Shown in pieces: positions 51,711 to 62,112 of a DNA stretch of 64,000 nt (its first letter is position 1; each line of letters begins with the position of its first letter). Source of the DNA: an uncultured archaeon (lineage in GTDB: Archaea; Asgardarchaeota; Lokiarchaeia; Sigyniarchaeales; SOKP01). The stretch spans positions 32,001 to 96,000 of the forward strand of contig CAZWEM010000009.1 in assembly GCA_964632315.1 (NCBI GenBank), in the 5' to 3' direction. Below the pieces are notes generated by a model. The model made no database searches. It worked only from the letters and a program-made list of their open reading frames with translations, and was not told where the DNA came from. Made by a program: the position numbers and the translations under genes.

Positions 51711-54535
51711 TTATCTAATGAAATTTCGAAGCTGCATATTTCAAATTTATTCAGTCTGAAATTTAATTTACCGTCTTTATTCCAATTATACATAAAAATA
51801 GTATCTCTTTCAATTAAATCAATGGGTTTTATAGATTTTATTATTTTTCTTAATAGGGGATTAAAATTAACCTCAACATCAGTAGCTATTCCCATTGCCT
51901 CATAAAACCTTACTACTATTGAATGGTTTCCTATCCATTCATTATGTTTAATTGCCCCGAGAAATACGTTAGTAGGATACATGTCTATGAATTTTTCTAT
52001 ATTTAAAGAAGTTTTTTTTGTGCTTGCATTTAAAGGAATGATTGATACTGGCATGTTAAATTCAAGAGATTTTTGCCTTACCAAGGGATTGGGAGTTCCA
52101 TCTCCCTTCTTTAAAGTTCCTCCATTATGGGGTAAAATTGCATATCTACAGATAAAAGGACCTAATCCGCTAAATTCTGGAACCTGATGGGTAAATTCCT
52201 CTTCATTCCACTTTCGTTCTTCATTGACCCAAGCTTCGGGTGCTGGTGGTGGATATTTGCAAGATCTTAGCAAAGTTAATCTCATATTCCCATGATCTAC
52301 ATCAAAAGCATATTTTCCCTCATTTATCATTGCTATACCCCAAGAATTATCTGACGTACTTAAATCAAAATATTCTTGGCAATGTTTTTCATAACGAGCT
52401 TTATCACAGGGAACTTCGGGATCTGTCTTGGAATTGATACTACAATACATTCCGTCTGCACATACGATAGCTGCATTGGTGGACGTGGAGTATAAGATCT
52501 TTAACATCACTTTTTTCTGCTTCCAATTGGTATAATATTCAAAGAAAATTTCGGGTATATCTTTGAATAATCTAATTTTTTGTACAACCTGGCTTATTCC
52601 TATAAGTTTTTTAATTTCTAAAGTTACAAAAACTGGACCATTATCAATTATATTTATCTCAACATCCTTATCATTTGCGAAATTCAGAGGATATTTCCAG
52701 TATTCTGGAGTTAAATTCCACGCTGGATCGTTATTATTGTCATCTAAAAATCCAAAGGTTAGATTTGAAGCATTACCATCAAGTAAATTATTTCCATCAT
52801 TAATCTGCGCCGAAATTATCTTCAAAATCGCTCCATTTTGAGGATTAATTTCTATTGATAATTTACTATTCGATAATTTTTTCTCAGATATTTCCAAACC
52901 TGATTTATCTAAATTTAGATCATCAAGTAATGTAAATCTTACAGGGATTATGCTTAATGGTGGTAAATGTAATACTGACCACCAACCCTCTGGAACCTTA
53001 TCTTCTAATTCTTTAGGATCAGTTTTACTTCTTTGGCAATAAAACTCCTCATTATTTTTCAAGGATTTAACTTTCGCGACTTTATATTTTTCATCTGCAT
53101 TTATTAATGAATTGGGAAAAAAAACCCTGAAATTGCCACCCCAAGTATGAGGATTAAATATTAAAAAATCATAGAATAATTGGTTCTTAATCTCATTGTA
53201 TTCCTTTAGATTTAATCCAATTGCGGCTTCCTTGAAAATGTCACCTGTTTTTTCTTCCAAATATAGCCAATCGTCATAGCAATCGTCAAAGACTTCTGGA
53301 ATTGAGCTTCCCGGTAAAACGTCATGAAATTGGTTCTTGAGGACTATCTTCCATAACTCTTCAAACTTTTCTTGAGGGAATTTATAATCGGAATTTAGAA
53401 TTGATGTAATAGATGCCAATAACTCTAGTGAAATTAATTTGTTTTCAAACTTGCGGTTAAATCTTTTCACGTTCGCGTGATTTGAGAAACAACCTCGATG
53501 AGTTTCTAAATATAATTCATCCATCCAGATAGGAAACTGATCAGAGGATTTCTTTAACTCATTAAAAAAATCTTTAACTTTACTCCATTTGTAGTTTTTT
53601 AGTTTTGCAAATTCGTTAGCATAAGCTACTTCTTTATGAGTTGGACCATGACCTCCGTCACTTTTCCCGAAAAAATATCCAACGTGAGGACATATCTCCT
53701 CTTGAACGTGATTTTTTAAATTGCTATAATCTAACTCGTAATTCCATACTTTTCTACCTTCTGGCTTCAATAAATGTCTCCCAACTTGAAATTTTTGCCA
53801 AGTATAAAAAACGGAAAAATCCATGTGAAATTGACCCGTCAAAATTTTGGAGCCATCTGCTCCTTGCCACCAAAAATTTACAAAAGGAAATGTTGTATCT
53901 AAATTCCATCCCATTTTAGTGGTCCAAAAATAATTAGCTCCTGATTTCACTAAAATTTGAGGTAATCCAAAATTATATCCAAATGAATCTAAAAACCATT
54001 CCCCTTCAGGAACTTGATTAAAATTTTTCCAACAAAATCTCATTCCATATAGTCGCTGTCGTATCATTGCCTCTCCGGATGGCATCATGCAATCTGGTTC
54101 AACATAACATCCTCCTACAAGCTCAATGTTACCTTTTTTTACAAATTTCTGTATCTCTTTGAATAATTCAGGCTCGTCTTTTTTAATCCACTCAAGTAAG
54201 AGAGGTTGGCTTATAGCAAAACAAAAGGTTTCTGGAAACATCTTTGAGTGAGTCACGGCTTTCTGGAAGGTTACTTTTGCTTTCTTTCTGGTTTGTTCAT
54301 ACCTCCACATCCAAGCACAATCTATATGTGATTGTCCAACGATATGAATCATAAGACTATTTGGATCAGTAGTAGGAGAAATTTGTTCATTCCATAACCT
54401 CAATTTTCTTCTGATTTTAATCTCTCGATTTCCAGAAAGCCATCTTTTCTTTACTTTTTCAGTATCTTGATCAGGTTCTTCTAGCTTTGAAACATCTAAT
54501 CGATGATTTCCAGAATAATGCCCAATTTCTCTCAT
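51707..54535 (-). CDS. Alpha-mannosidase (GH38)
   Basis: SHIDCAWMW, GGCYVEPDCMMPSGE, DSFGY, ELYLETHRG, NQFHDVLPGSSI. Confidence 0.93.
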   Translation of the reverse strand: MREIGHYSGNHRLDVSKLEEPDQDTEKVKKRWLSGNREIKIRRKLRLWNEQISPTTDPNSLMIHIVGQSHIDCAWMWRYEQTRKKAKVTFQKAVTHSKMFPETFCFAISQPLLLEWIKKDEPELFKEIQKFVKKGNIELVGGCYVEPDCMMPSGEAMIRQRLYGMRFCWKNFNQVPEGEWFLDSFGYNFGLPQILVKSGANYFWTTKMGWNLDTTFPFVNFWWQGADGSKILTGQFHMDFSVFYTWQKFQVGRHLLKPEGRKVWNYELDYSNLKNHVQEEICPHVGYFFGKSDGGHGPTHKEVAYANEFAKLKNYKWSKVKDFFNELKKSSDQFPIWMDELYLETHRGCFSNHANVKRFNRKFENKLISLELLASITSILNSDYKFPQEKFEELWKIVLKNQFHDVLPGSSIPEVFDDCYDDWLYLEEKTGDIFKEAAIGLNLKEYNEIKNQLFYDFLIFNPHTWGGNFRVFFPNSLINADEKYKVAKVKSLKNNEEFYCQRSKTDPKELEDKVPEGWWSVLHLPPLSIIPVRFTLLDDLNLDKSGLEISEKKLSNSKLSIEINPQNGAILKIISAQINDGNNLLDGNASNLTFGFLDDNNNDPAWNLTPEYWKYPLNFANDKDVEINIIDNGPVFVTLEIKKLIGISQVVQKIRLFKDIPEIFFEYYTNWKQKKVMLKILYSTSTNAAIVCADGMYCSINSKTDPEVPCDKARYEKHCQEYFDLSTSDNSWGIAMINEGKYAFDVDHGNMRLTLLRSCKYPPPAPEAWVNEERKWNEEEFTHQVPEFSGLGPFICRYAILPHNGGTLKKGDGTPNPLVRQKSLEFNMPVSIIPLNASTKKTSLNIEKFIDMYPTNVFLGAIKHNEWIGNHSIVVRFYEAMGIATDVEVNFNPLLRKIIKSIKPIDLIERDTIFMYNWNKDGKLNFRLNKFEICSFEISLDN

Positions 54536-54547
54536 TTCTCCACTCCT

Positions 54548-55237
54548 CTATATTTTCAAAAATTTCTCATAATCATCTGAAAGTAAGTATAAAGGCTCCT
54601 CATCTTCTTCAATTCTAGTAAATCTTTTTGTTGGTTTTAGAAATTTATTATCTCTATAATCATCATTCACACTCGACACTTCGCCAATTAATACCATTCC
54701 ATGACCTTTCTTGGCCCAAAATCTATGGTAATGGTTGGGAAATAGCGTTATCGACTCTCCAGGCTTTAATTCTATAACTGATCCCGCTTTAATTCTTTTT
54801 TGTACTCCATCAACAGATATTTTTACTTCAGAATCGTCTAATTCATCTTCTTGATTTACATTATATAACTCAATCGACAAAATGCCACCGCCTCTATTTA
54901 TAATATCCTCAATTTTCGACAAATGATGATGTAGTCTTGTCATTTGGTCTTCTTTTATGATCATGATCTTTTCACAATATGGTTTTCCACCCATTAAAGA
55001 ATGTTTTGGATCTCCATTTCTTGTCGTGAAATGAATTAATCCACTTTTCGCGAAATTTCCGCTTCCGTAATCGGTAATATCCCATCCTAATTTATTTTTA
55101 ATAACTTCATCTATTTCATTTCCCTTAGATTTCCATTCATTTAACTTCCAAAAAGCAAATTTGGGCAAATAGAAGTTTTGGATTTCTAGGAACTTTGTAG
55201 CCTTTTCCATTTCTTTATTTATTTCAGAGCGTTTCAC
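54548..55237 (-). CDS. D-lyxose/D-mannose family sugar isomerase
   Basis: MKRSEIN, LGWDITDYG, KPYCEKIM, HHHLSKIEDIINRGGG, GEVSSVNDD. Confidence 0.92.
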   Translation of the reverse strand: MKRSEINKEMEKATKFLEIQNFYLPKFAFWKLNEWKSKGNEIDEVIKNKLGWDITDYGSGNFAKSGLIHFTTRNGDPKHSLMGGKPYCEKIMIIKEDQMTRLHHHLSKIEDIINRGGGILSIELYNVNQEDELDDSEVKISVDGVQKRIKAGSVIELKPGESITLFPNHYHRFWAKKGHGMVLIGEVSSVNDDYRDNKFLKPTKRFTRIEEDEEPLYLLSDDYEKFLKI

Positions 55238-55379
55238 TTGAAATTTACCTTTTTTAGATATTAAAGAGTTATATTGTTTTTTTTATATCCGTGAATTGAT
55301 ACTTTTAAATACTAGGGAATTTATGAACTTTATAATCATAAATACAATCTTAAATTAAAAAAAATTGGAGAAAAAACTA

Positions 55380-56348
55380 ATGACTATTCAATGGGGTAAA
55401 ATGATCTTGCACGGTTTACTTAATGCCGTGTTTTATATTGGCATCCCTTACGGTATGATTTACTTACTGGAATATCTTAATATCGTATCCTTTACAGAAG
55501 TATTTAAAATTTCAATAATTATTTTCGGAGTTATCGGTACCATTATATCCATGATTAAACATGCTTATCCAAAGGATACTTCTGCTAACCGCTTAATTTC
55601 GTTCTTTATTAGTATCTACTCGGGAATTTATTTGTTCTATATTTTTGGAGGTTTTACACCCGGCGTAGAATTAGGAACATATTCAATTAAGACTGATTTA
55701 CTTCAAGTTAACTTAGGACTGAAGGTAATTGCGTGGTTATTGTTAGCCTCAACAGCGATAAGAGGATTGCAATATTTAGTTGAGGCAATAGAATTACGCA
55801 AAAATAAACAATACAATGTAAAAGTGAAAAGACAATTTAGATTAAGTAAGGTGTTCAAAGCCTTTGGATTTTTAATGAGTTTAGTAACTATAGGCTATTT
55901 TGCCAGTGTAATATTTAGTGGCATGAATCTTAGACCAAATATTGACCCAAACTTCGCTTTAGGATGGAATGATGGAGGAACACCACTAAATCCTGCTGAT
56001 GACACAATCAATATTACAGTTACATTTGACATCATAAATGGTGGTATTTATGCGGTATATGACGTAAATCTATCAATGGATGTCTTTACGGAAACTACAA
56101 GTAACCCAATTGCTTTACCAGAATATACAAAAATAGGAGAATCACCCAATCATTATTATCCTGCTTTTCATTCATTCACTTCGACTTTAGGTGAAACTAT
56201 AACTATAGATATTAACCCGCTCTATGCTCCTGGATTAGCTACAACTGATGCAACCCTACGATTGCAAATTTCCTTTGAAACTTTATATGCCTTAATCTAT
56301 ATTGATCTTAATATTTCAGTTACTACACCTTGGAATTCCCTAATATAA
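55380..56348 (+). CDS. Hypothetical membrane protein with C-terminal extracellular beta domain
   Basis: About 5 TMs then a Thr/Asn-rich domain; ATG 55380. Confidence 0.7.
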   Translation: MTIQWGKMILHGLLNAVFYIGIPYGMIYLLEYLNIVSFTEVFKISIIIFGVIGTIISMIKHAYPKDTSANRLISFFISIYSGIYLFYIFGGFTPGVELGTYSIKTDLLQVNLGLKVIAWLLLASTAIRGLQYLVEAIELRKNKQYNVKVKRQFRLSKVFKAFGFLMSLVTIGYFASVIFSGMNLRPNIDPNFALGWNDGGTPLNPADDTINITVTFDIINGGIYAVYDVNLSMDVFTETTSNPIALPEYTKIGESPNHYYPAFHSFTSTLGETITIDINPLYAPGLATTDATLRLQISFETLYALIYIDLNISVTTPWNSLI

Positions 56349-56441
56349 TTTCATAAACCTTCTTTTTATTTCTTTTTTTAAATAAAATAATGATTAAACT
56401 TATTCGTATTTTTTAAATTATATTAAATAAATATTAATTCT

Positions 56442-56966
56442 ATGAGTCAAGAACCACCAAGACCAAGTGGTTTGTCCGTTGGTTCCAAAGCACCTATGAT
56501 TGACACTCAAGATATTTATGGAAAGTCAATTAATCTTAATAAGCTTCTTGAAGAATATGATGGTGTACTTTTAGATTTTTTCAGAGGAAATTGGTGAAGT
56601 CATTGCAAAAAGCATTTAAATCTTTTAACTCGGGAGCATTATAAATTTATTAATAAGAAAATCAAATTAATCTCAATAGCGAGTGACAGTATAAGATTAT
56701 TGCAAAAATTTAAAGAAGAAAATAATTTTTCTATAGATCTAATAGCTGATAGAGGAGCAAAAATTGCCAAGGATTATTTTGTATACTGGTTTGCTCATGG
56801 CGGGGGAGGCTCACTGAATGTGAAGCAAGCAGTACCAAGTAAATTTTTAATCAATAAAAATAAGAAGATTGTCTGGACTTATATTGGAAAGGATAAAACT
56901 GACAGACCTTCTATTGAACTGATGATGGAAGCAATCAATAAAAAAATTTTAAACCCTTTTGAATGA
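56442..56966 (+). CDS. Peroxiredoxin-like (AhpC/TSA) selenoprotein with UxxC motif, 174 aa, Sec52 (UGA 56595-56597)
   Basis: LSVGSKAP...VLLDFFRGNWUSHCKKHL..., AVPSKFLIN, DRPS; in frame with the track ORF 56700..56966; SECIS directly downstream. Confidence 0.92.
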
Positions 56967-56997
56967 CGCGGATATATAAAAGTTAGATATCCGTGGA
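56963..56997 (+). promoter_or_regulatory. Eukaryote-like SECIS element of the Prx-like gene
   Basis: AUGA-CGCGGAUAU-[AUAAAAGUUAG]-AUAUCCGUG-GA; same geometry as the mvhD SECIS. Confidence 0.85.
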
Positions 56998-57021
56998 CGG
57001 CCCGCAAAGGTTAGGGATCAT

Positions 57022-57882
57022 CTAATTTTTTTTTCTTTTTCTTCTATAGGTATAAAATCCTTTTCCAGATTTCAAACCAAGATCTCCTTCTTCTACTAAT
57101 TTCTCTAATTCTTCTGGTGGTTTATCCAATTCATTTCCAGATTCATGATAATAAGAATTTTCCACATCGAGTATTACATCTAAACCAACTCCATCCATTA
57201 AACTAAAAGGTCCCATGGACATCCCAGTGAAGATTTGCCATGCTTTATCCACAGTTTCTATATCCGCATATCCTCCCGCCCAGATTTTTAGACATTCCTT
57301 TTTTACAGCATGCCAGACTCGGTTAAACACAAAACCTAAACACTCCTTTTTAACCTCTAAGGGATAGCATTCTATCGTTTCTATCCATTTCTTACCTGCT
57401 TCAAAAGTTTCTTCACTTGTTTTTGTCCCTCTCATTATGTCCAGCATCGGTCTTGTGGGAATTGGAGGATAAACATGGAGATTTAATACTTTATCCTTTC
57501 TTTTCACGACAGATTCTATTTTAGAAACAGGAAATGATGAACTATTAGTAGCTATGATGGTATGGGGAGGAGCGAGTTCATCAATCTTAGAAAATATTTC
57601 TCTCTTTAATTCTAACTTTTCAGGGACTGCTTCTATGACTAAATCTGTATTTTCCAAGGCTTTTAAAAGATCATTGTGAAAGGAAATAGATTCAGATTTT
57701 TCCTCATAGAGATTTCGCCGTTTTAATAAGCCAGTTATCTCCTTTTCACTCTTTAATAAATACTCTTCACTTATATCATAAACTTTTATGTTAAAATCAT
57801 ACATTATTGCTCTAGATGCAATCTGGGTACCAGTAAATCCTGCTCCTACAATAGTTATATTTGAAATTTCCATTTTGATCAT
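57022..57882 (-). CDS. 3-hydroxyacyl-CoA dehydrogenase family protein
   Basis: VGAGFTG, EAVPEKLELK, ATNSSS, GFVFNR, MGPFSLMDGVGLD, GLKSGKGFY. Confidence 0.92.
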   Translation of the reverse strand: MIKMEISNITIVGAGFTGTQIASRAIMYDFNIKVYDISEEYLLKSEKEITGLLKRRNLYEEKSESISFHNDLLKALENTDLVIEAVPEKLELKREIFSKIDELAPPHTIIATNSSSFPVSKIESVVKRKDKVLNLHVYPPIPTRPMLDIMRGTKTSEETFEAGKKWIETIECYPLEVKKECLGFVFNRVWHAVKKECLKIWAGGYADIETVDKAWQIFTGMSMGPFSLMDGVGLDVILDVENSYYHESGNELDKPPEELEKLVEEGDLGLKSGKGFYTYRRKRKKN

Positions 57883-57973
57883 TAAAAATTAATTATTAAA
57901 TGTGATTGATTTTTTGATACTTAAAAAATTTAAGATATGACGATTAAAAAAGAAAAAGAAAGGAAAAATTTTC

Positions 57974-58213
57974 TTAAATTCCTCTTACTCTAACTCCAAG
58001 TATCAACAATATCCAAGCTAGAAACATGAGGAATAACCCGATTATCATCCATATCTCTCCTGAACTCAAGTTCGGTTGAAAAAAGGTTATCGCTGGTAAG
58101 AATGAATAGAAACCTATTACACCCCATATTAATTCAATTATCAAAATCATTCCAAGAATGAAGAAAATAATTGATAAAACATAGGTTATTTTTTTAGGAG
58201 GGCTCCATGCCAT
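57974..58213 (-). CDS. Small two-TM membrane protein
   Basis: 79 aa with two hydrophobic helices; GAAGTGA precedes the ATG. Confidence 0.7.
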   Translation of the reverse strand: MAWSPPKKITYVLSIIFFILGMILIIELIWGVIGFYSFLPAITFFQPNLSSGEIWMIIGLFLMFLAWILLILGVRVRGI

Positions 58214-58427
58214 ATACTTTCACTTCATATTCATTTATGATTTGTGATCTTAATTTGTTCTTCATTCTATTTTAATACATGGATTTTTTTTAAAAAATTC
58301 AGATTTTGCTTGCATCTAATCTTTTTACTTCTTCAAGTTAAAAAGACTTTATTTATGATAATATCCAATATTTGATTTAATTAAATTTGAATTAGAAATC
58401 GAAAACTTACTTAAAAAGGAATTTAAA

Positions 58428-59720
58428 ATGACAAAAGAACAACCAGCTTGGTATGAAGCTCAAGTTGTTAAAGATATGATGGCTTTAATGGGCGGAAGAG
58501 CATTGCGAGGAGTTATGTCAAATTACTTTTCCAGTAGAATTTATAAGGGAAAAGTGGGACTACTACAAGTTACAAATTATTTAGAAGCTATGTTCGACAA
58601 GAAGGACAGACGTGCATTAATAATAACTGATTCCTTCACACAGAAGTATGCTAAAAAGGTGACGGAGTACTTAGATATGATAGATATGGAATATCGAATC
58701 TGGTCGGGTGCAGAACCCGAAGTTCCAGTCCCTACAATTGAGGTAGGGGCAAAAGTTTGCGAGGAATTCAAGCCACAAGTGATCTTTGCTATCGGAGGCG
58801 GGAGTGTCATGGATACAGCTAAAATGGTGATGATCAAGTATGAACAACCAGAAAAGAATATTTTCATGATTTTACCCTATTTTGGCTCTTTAGGTTTGAG
58901 GAAAAAGTTTCGATTCTTTATTGCAATTCCCACAACATCTGGTACAGGTTCTGAAGTCTCATCTGCAGCAGTACTCACTGATATGGATCGCGATCCTCCT
59001 AAAAAGTTAGAAGTAATGAGTGATGAATTTCCTGCTGACATTACCATTTTAGATACAGATTTCGTCAAAGATATGCCCCCACTTCTAACTGCCGGAACTG
59101 GTTTGGATGCATTATCACATGCGATGGGAAGTTATGTTTCAAATTGGGGCTCTCCCTATATTGACGCGATGAACTATACAGCAATAAAGGAAATTGTTAA
59201 GTTCTTGCCTCGTGCTTATAAATATGGTGCAAAAGACATTGAATCCCGAGATCACATGCACATGGCGGCATTAATGGCGGGAATAGGATTTGGGAATACT
59301 GTTCCTGGCATAGATCACGCTCTTGGTCATTCTTTCGGAAAAATCTTTGGGGTTCATCATGGTTTATCTGTAGGATTGTTTTTACCTTATTCAATTGATT
59401 TTCAATCTAAAATTACAGAGAGATGGATTGATTTATGTCCAATTTTTAATATTGATACTAAAGGTAAAAATACTGAAGTATTGTACGATGAATTTAGAGC
59501 AAATTTGGTTGAGTTTATTAGATCGATCGACGCTCCAACATGCGTTCAAGAGTTGAAAAATCCTAAACTTTCTAAGGAAGATTATTTTGCCAAAATTGAT
59601 TTACTTGTCCAGTATTCCGAAGATGACGCAGTAAGCTTAACTTCATTAAGGCCTATAAATTCTGAGTTATATAGGAAAATCCTTGAATATGCTTGGGAGG
59701 GAAAGAAAATCAACTTTTAA
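58428..59720 (+). CDS. Iron-containing alcohol dehydrogenase
   Basis: GGGSVMDTAK, IPTTSGTGSE, GLDALSHA, HALGH, HHGL. Confidence 0.92.
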   Translation: MTKEQPAWYEAQVVKDMMALMGGRALRGVMSNYFSSRIYKGKVGLLQVTNYLEAMFDKKDRRALIITDSFTQKYAKKVTEYLDMIDMEYRIWSGAEPEVPVPTIEVGAKVCEEFKPQVIFAIGGGSVMDTAKMVMIKYEQPEKNIFMILPYFGSLGLRKKFRFFIAIPTTSGTGSEVSSAAVLTDMDRDPPKKLEVMSDEFPADITILDTDFVKDMPPLLTAGTGLDALSHAMGSYVSNWGSPYIDAMNYTAIKEIVKFLPRAYKYGAKDIESRDHMHMAALMAGIGFGNTVPGIDHALGHSFGKIFGVHHGLSVGLFLPYSIDFQSKITERWIDLCPIFNIDTKGKNTEVLYDEFRANLVEFIRSIDAPTCVQELKNPKLSKEDYFAKIDLLVQYSEDDAVSLTSLRPINSELYRKILEYAWEGKKINF

Positions 59721-59733
59721 GGAGGTCAAACTA

Positions 59734-61617
59734 ATGAGTGAAAATTTGATAGGTTATAATGGAAAAATTGCTTATATTGATTTAAATGCGCTAAAAGTGG
59801 AAATAAAAGATTTAGATCCTAATTTAGCGAAAGAATATCTTGGCGGTACGGGATTAAGTGCCAAATTGACTTACGATTTATTAAATGATGCGGACTTTTC
59901 TACGCTTAAACAGGATCCTTTATCGGATATTAACCCCCTAATATTCGCGACAGGACCTGTTACTGGAACTTTAAGGCCCTCTTCGGGAAGATACTCAGTA
60001 ACTGGAATTTCTCCTCTTACTGGAATCTGGGGAGAGGGCACATCTGGAGGGTATTTTTGTATTTCATTACGTAATTCGGGTTTTGATGCGATAGTAATCA
60101 CTGGAAAGTCAAAGGAACCAGCTTATTTATACATCCACGATCAAGAGATTGAATTTAAAGATGCGACTCATTTATGGGGAAAAGATACCTATGAGAGTCA
60201 AGAAATCTTGAAGAAGGAGTTAAATAATGATAAAATTCGGATTGCAACTATTGGTATAGGCTCAGAAAATCTTGTCAGATATGGCTGTATCATAAATGAT
60301 GAGGGAAGAGCTATCGGAAGGTGCGGAATGGGAACGATAATGGGCTCAAAAAATCTCAAAGCTGTGGCAATACACGGTACCAATAAAGTTAAAATAGCTG
60401 ACCCTGCAATTGGAAAACAGTATTTAAAGGAAGCAGAAGATGCTAAAAGGAGAATTCTTTTAGCAACAACAGTACCACTGCTGTTTACTCTGTACGGTAC
60501 TAATTGCTATTTAGATATTGGAAGCGTTTTAGGTGATGCTCCTGGATATTACTTCACAGATACAGAGTATGTGGCTGCGAAATTAACAGGTGCAACACTT
60601 CGGGAAGAATATCCCGTACTTGACTACGGCTGTGCAGGTTGTACTATGCGATGCGGTAAAACCACACTTCTTGAAGATGAGGGCAGAGAAATAAGAGTTG
60701 ATGGACCAGAATATGAGTCCGTAGCGGCGTTTGGACCACTTTGTGGAAATTTTGACTCAAAAAGTGTAGTGCTCTCTCATCATCTTTGTAATGTGTATGG
60801 AATTGATACGATATCTGCAGGTGTAAGTATCTCATTCTTGATTTATCTAGTAGAAAATAAAATAGGTACTGATAAAATACAATCATATTTAGAATCAATT
60901 GAACTTGAAAATCTCAAATGGGGAAACGGTGAGACCATACTTCAACTTATAGAGAATATCTCTAAAAGAAAGGGGATTGGAAATTTGTTGGCTGATGGTG
61001 TCCGAGTTATTGCTCAGAAATTGGGAGTAGACCCAGGATTAGCAGCCCACGTGAAGGGTTTAGAGCTACCCATGCATGATCCAAGAGCCTTTGCTGGCCA
61101 AGGATTAAGTTATGTTACTTGTTGTGTAGGAGCAAATCATGAGAAATGTGATTGGTTTAGCGCTGAGTTAGGGATGGTGAGTTATCCACTCTTAAGAGTT
61201 AAAGCTGGAGATCGCTATTCAATTAAAGGACGGGAAAAAGGAGTGATTGCTCTTCAAAATATTCGGGCTATTGATGACTCAGCTGTAAATTGTAACTTTA
61301 TAAATCCTTCATTACCTCATATCATTGGCCATATTAATGCTGCCACAGGACAAGACTATAATAAAAAATCTTTGATACAAGTGGGAGATCGAATTAACAC
61401 TTTGAAACGTCTGATAAACATAAAACTAGGAATTACTAAAAAAGATGATTCTTTACCTACTCATATCACAAAAGTATTATCCTCAGGAAAGACAATGGGG
61501 GTTAAATTAGATCTTGAAGATAATCTTAAGAAGTATTATGAATTAAGAAGCTGGGACTTAGAATCGGGAGCACCTACAGAAGAAAAATTAAAAGAATTGA
61601 ACATAATCCCATCTTAA
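59734..61617 (+). CDS. aor: Tungsten aldehyde:ferredoxin oxidoreductase family protein
   Basis: SPLTG, GRCGMGTIMGSKNLKAV, CAGCTMRC, GPEYES, GIDTIS, HDPR. ATG 59734 follows GGAGGT. Confidence 0.92.
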   Translation: MSENLIGYNGKIAYIDLNALKVEIKDLDPNLAKEYLGGTGLSAKLTYDLLNDADFSTLKQDPLSDINPLIFATGPVTGTLRPSSGRYSVTGISPLTGIWGEGTSGGYFCISLRNSGFDAIVITGKSKEPAYLYIHDQEIEFKDATHLWGKDTYESQEILKKELNNDKIRIATIGIGSENLVRYGCIINDEGRAIGRCGMGTIMGSKNLKAVAIHGTNKVKIADPAIGKQYLKEAEDAKRRILLATTVPLLFTLYGTNCYLDIGSVLGDAPGYYFTDTEYVAAKLTGATLREEYPVLDYGCAGCTMRCGKTTLLEDEGREIRVDGPEYESVAAFGPLCGNFDSKSVVLSHHLCNVYGIDTISAGVSISFLIYLVENKIGTDKIQSYLESIELENLKWGNGETILQLIENISKRKGIGNLLADGVRVIAQKLGVDPGLAAHVKGLELPMHDPRAFAGQGLSYVTCCVGANHEKCDWFSAELGMVSYPLLRVKAGDRYSIKGREKGVIALQNIRAIDDSAVNCNFINPSLPHIIGHINAATGQDYNKKSLIQVGDRINTLKRLINIKLGITKKDDSLPTHITKVLSSGKTMGVKLDLEDNLKKYYELRSWDLESGAPTEEKLKELNIIPS

Positions 61618-61700
61618 ATTTTTATTTTATTTATTTAACTTTTTATATACTATGATTCCCTAATTTCATTATACAAATTAAAAAATTAGAGGAATCTAGA

Positions 61701-62108
61701 ATGTTAAACATTGTGTTTGCGATTTTTCAACTCTTGATCGCTATTGGATTAATTGGATTTTGGCTAATGTTCTACTTTACAGAAGTTAAGAATCGGAACA
61801 TGTCTGAGGTCGAATTTAAACACGAGATGTCCTTTCCCCTCCCAGATTTAGGATGGGTACTTCCAAATCTAATCATTAGTGCAATAGGTCTTCTTTTAGA
61901 ACAAAGTTTCGGATATTTTTTTACCATAACGGCAGCAAGCGGTATGATGTTCTTGGGGTTGATAGATTTTGCCTTTAACTATCAAAATGGAGGGTTCAGT
62001 GTGAAAAAACACGGTTTTGATGCGTACATGAGTATTTTTATCGTAGCGGTGATGCTAATTATGGGGCCTATTTTTCTGGTTTATGGATGGTTTAGTTTAG
62101 GAATATGA
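61701..62108 (+). CDS. Hypothetical membrane protein
   Basis: 4 TMs; GAGG precedes the ATG. Confidence 0.7.
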   Translation: MLNIVFAIFQLLIAIGLIGFWLMFYFTEVKNRNMSEVEFKHEMSFPLPDLGWVLPNLIISAIGLLLEQSFGYFFTITAASGMMFLGLIDFAFNYQNGGFSVKKHGFDAYMSIFIVAVMLIMGPIFLVYGWFSLGI

Positions 62109-62112
62109 GGGG

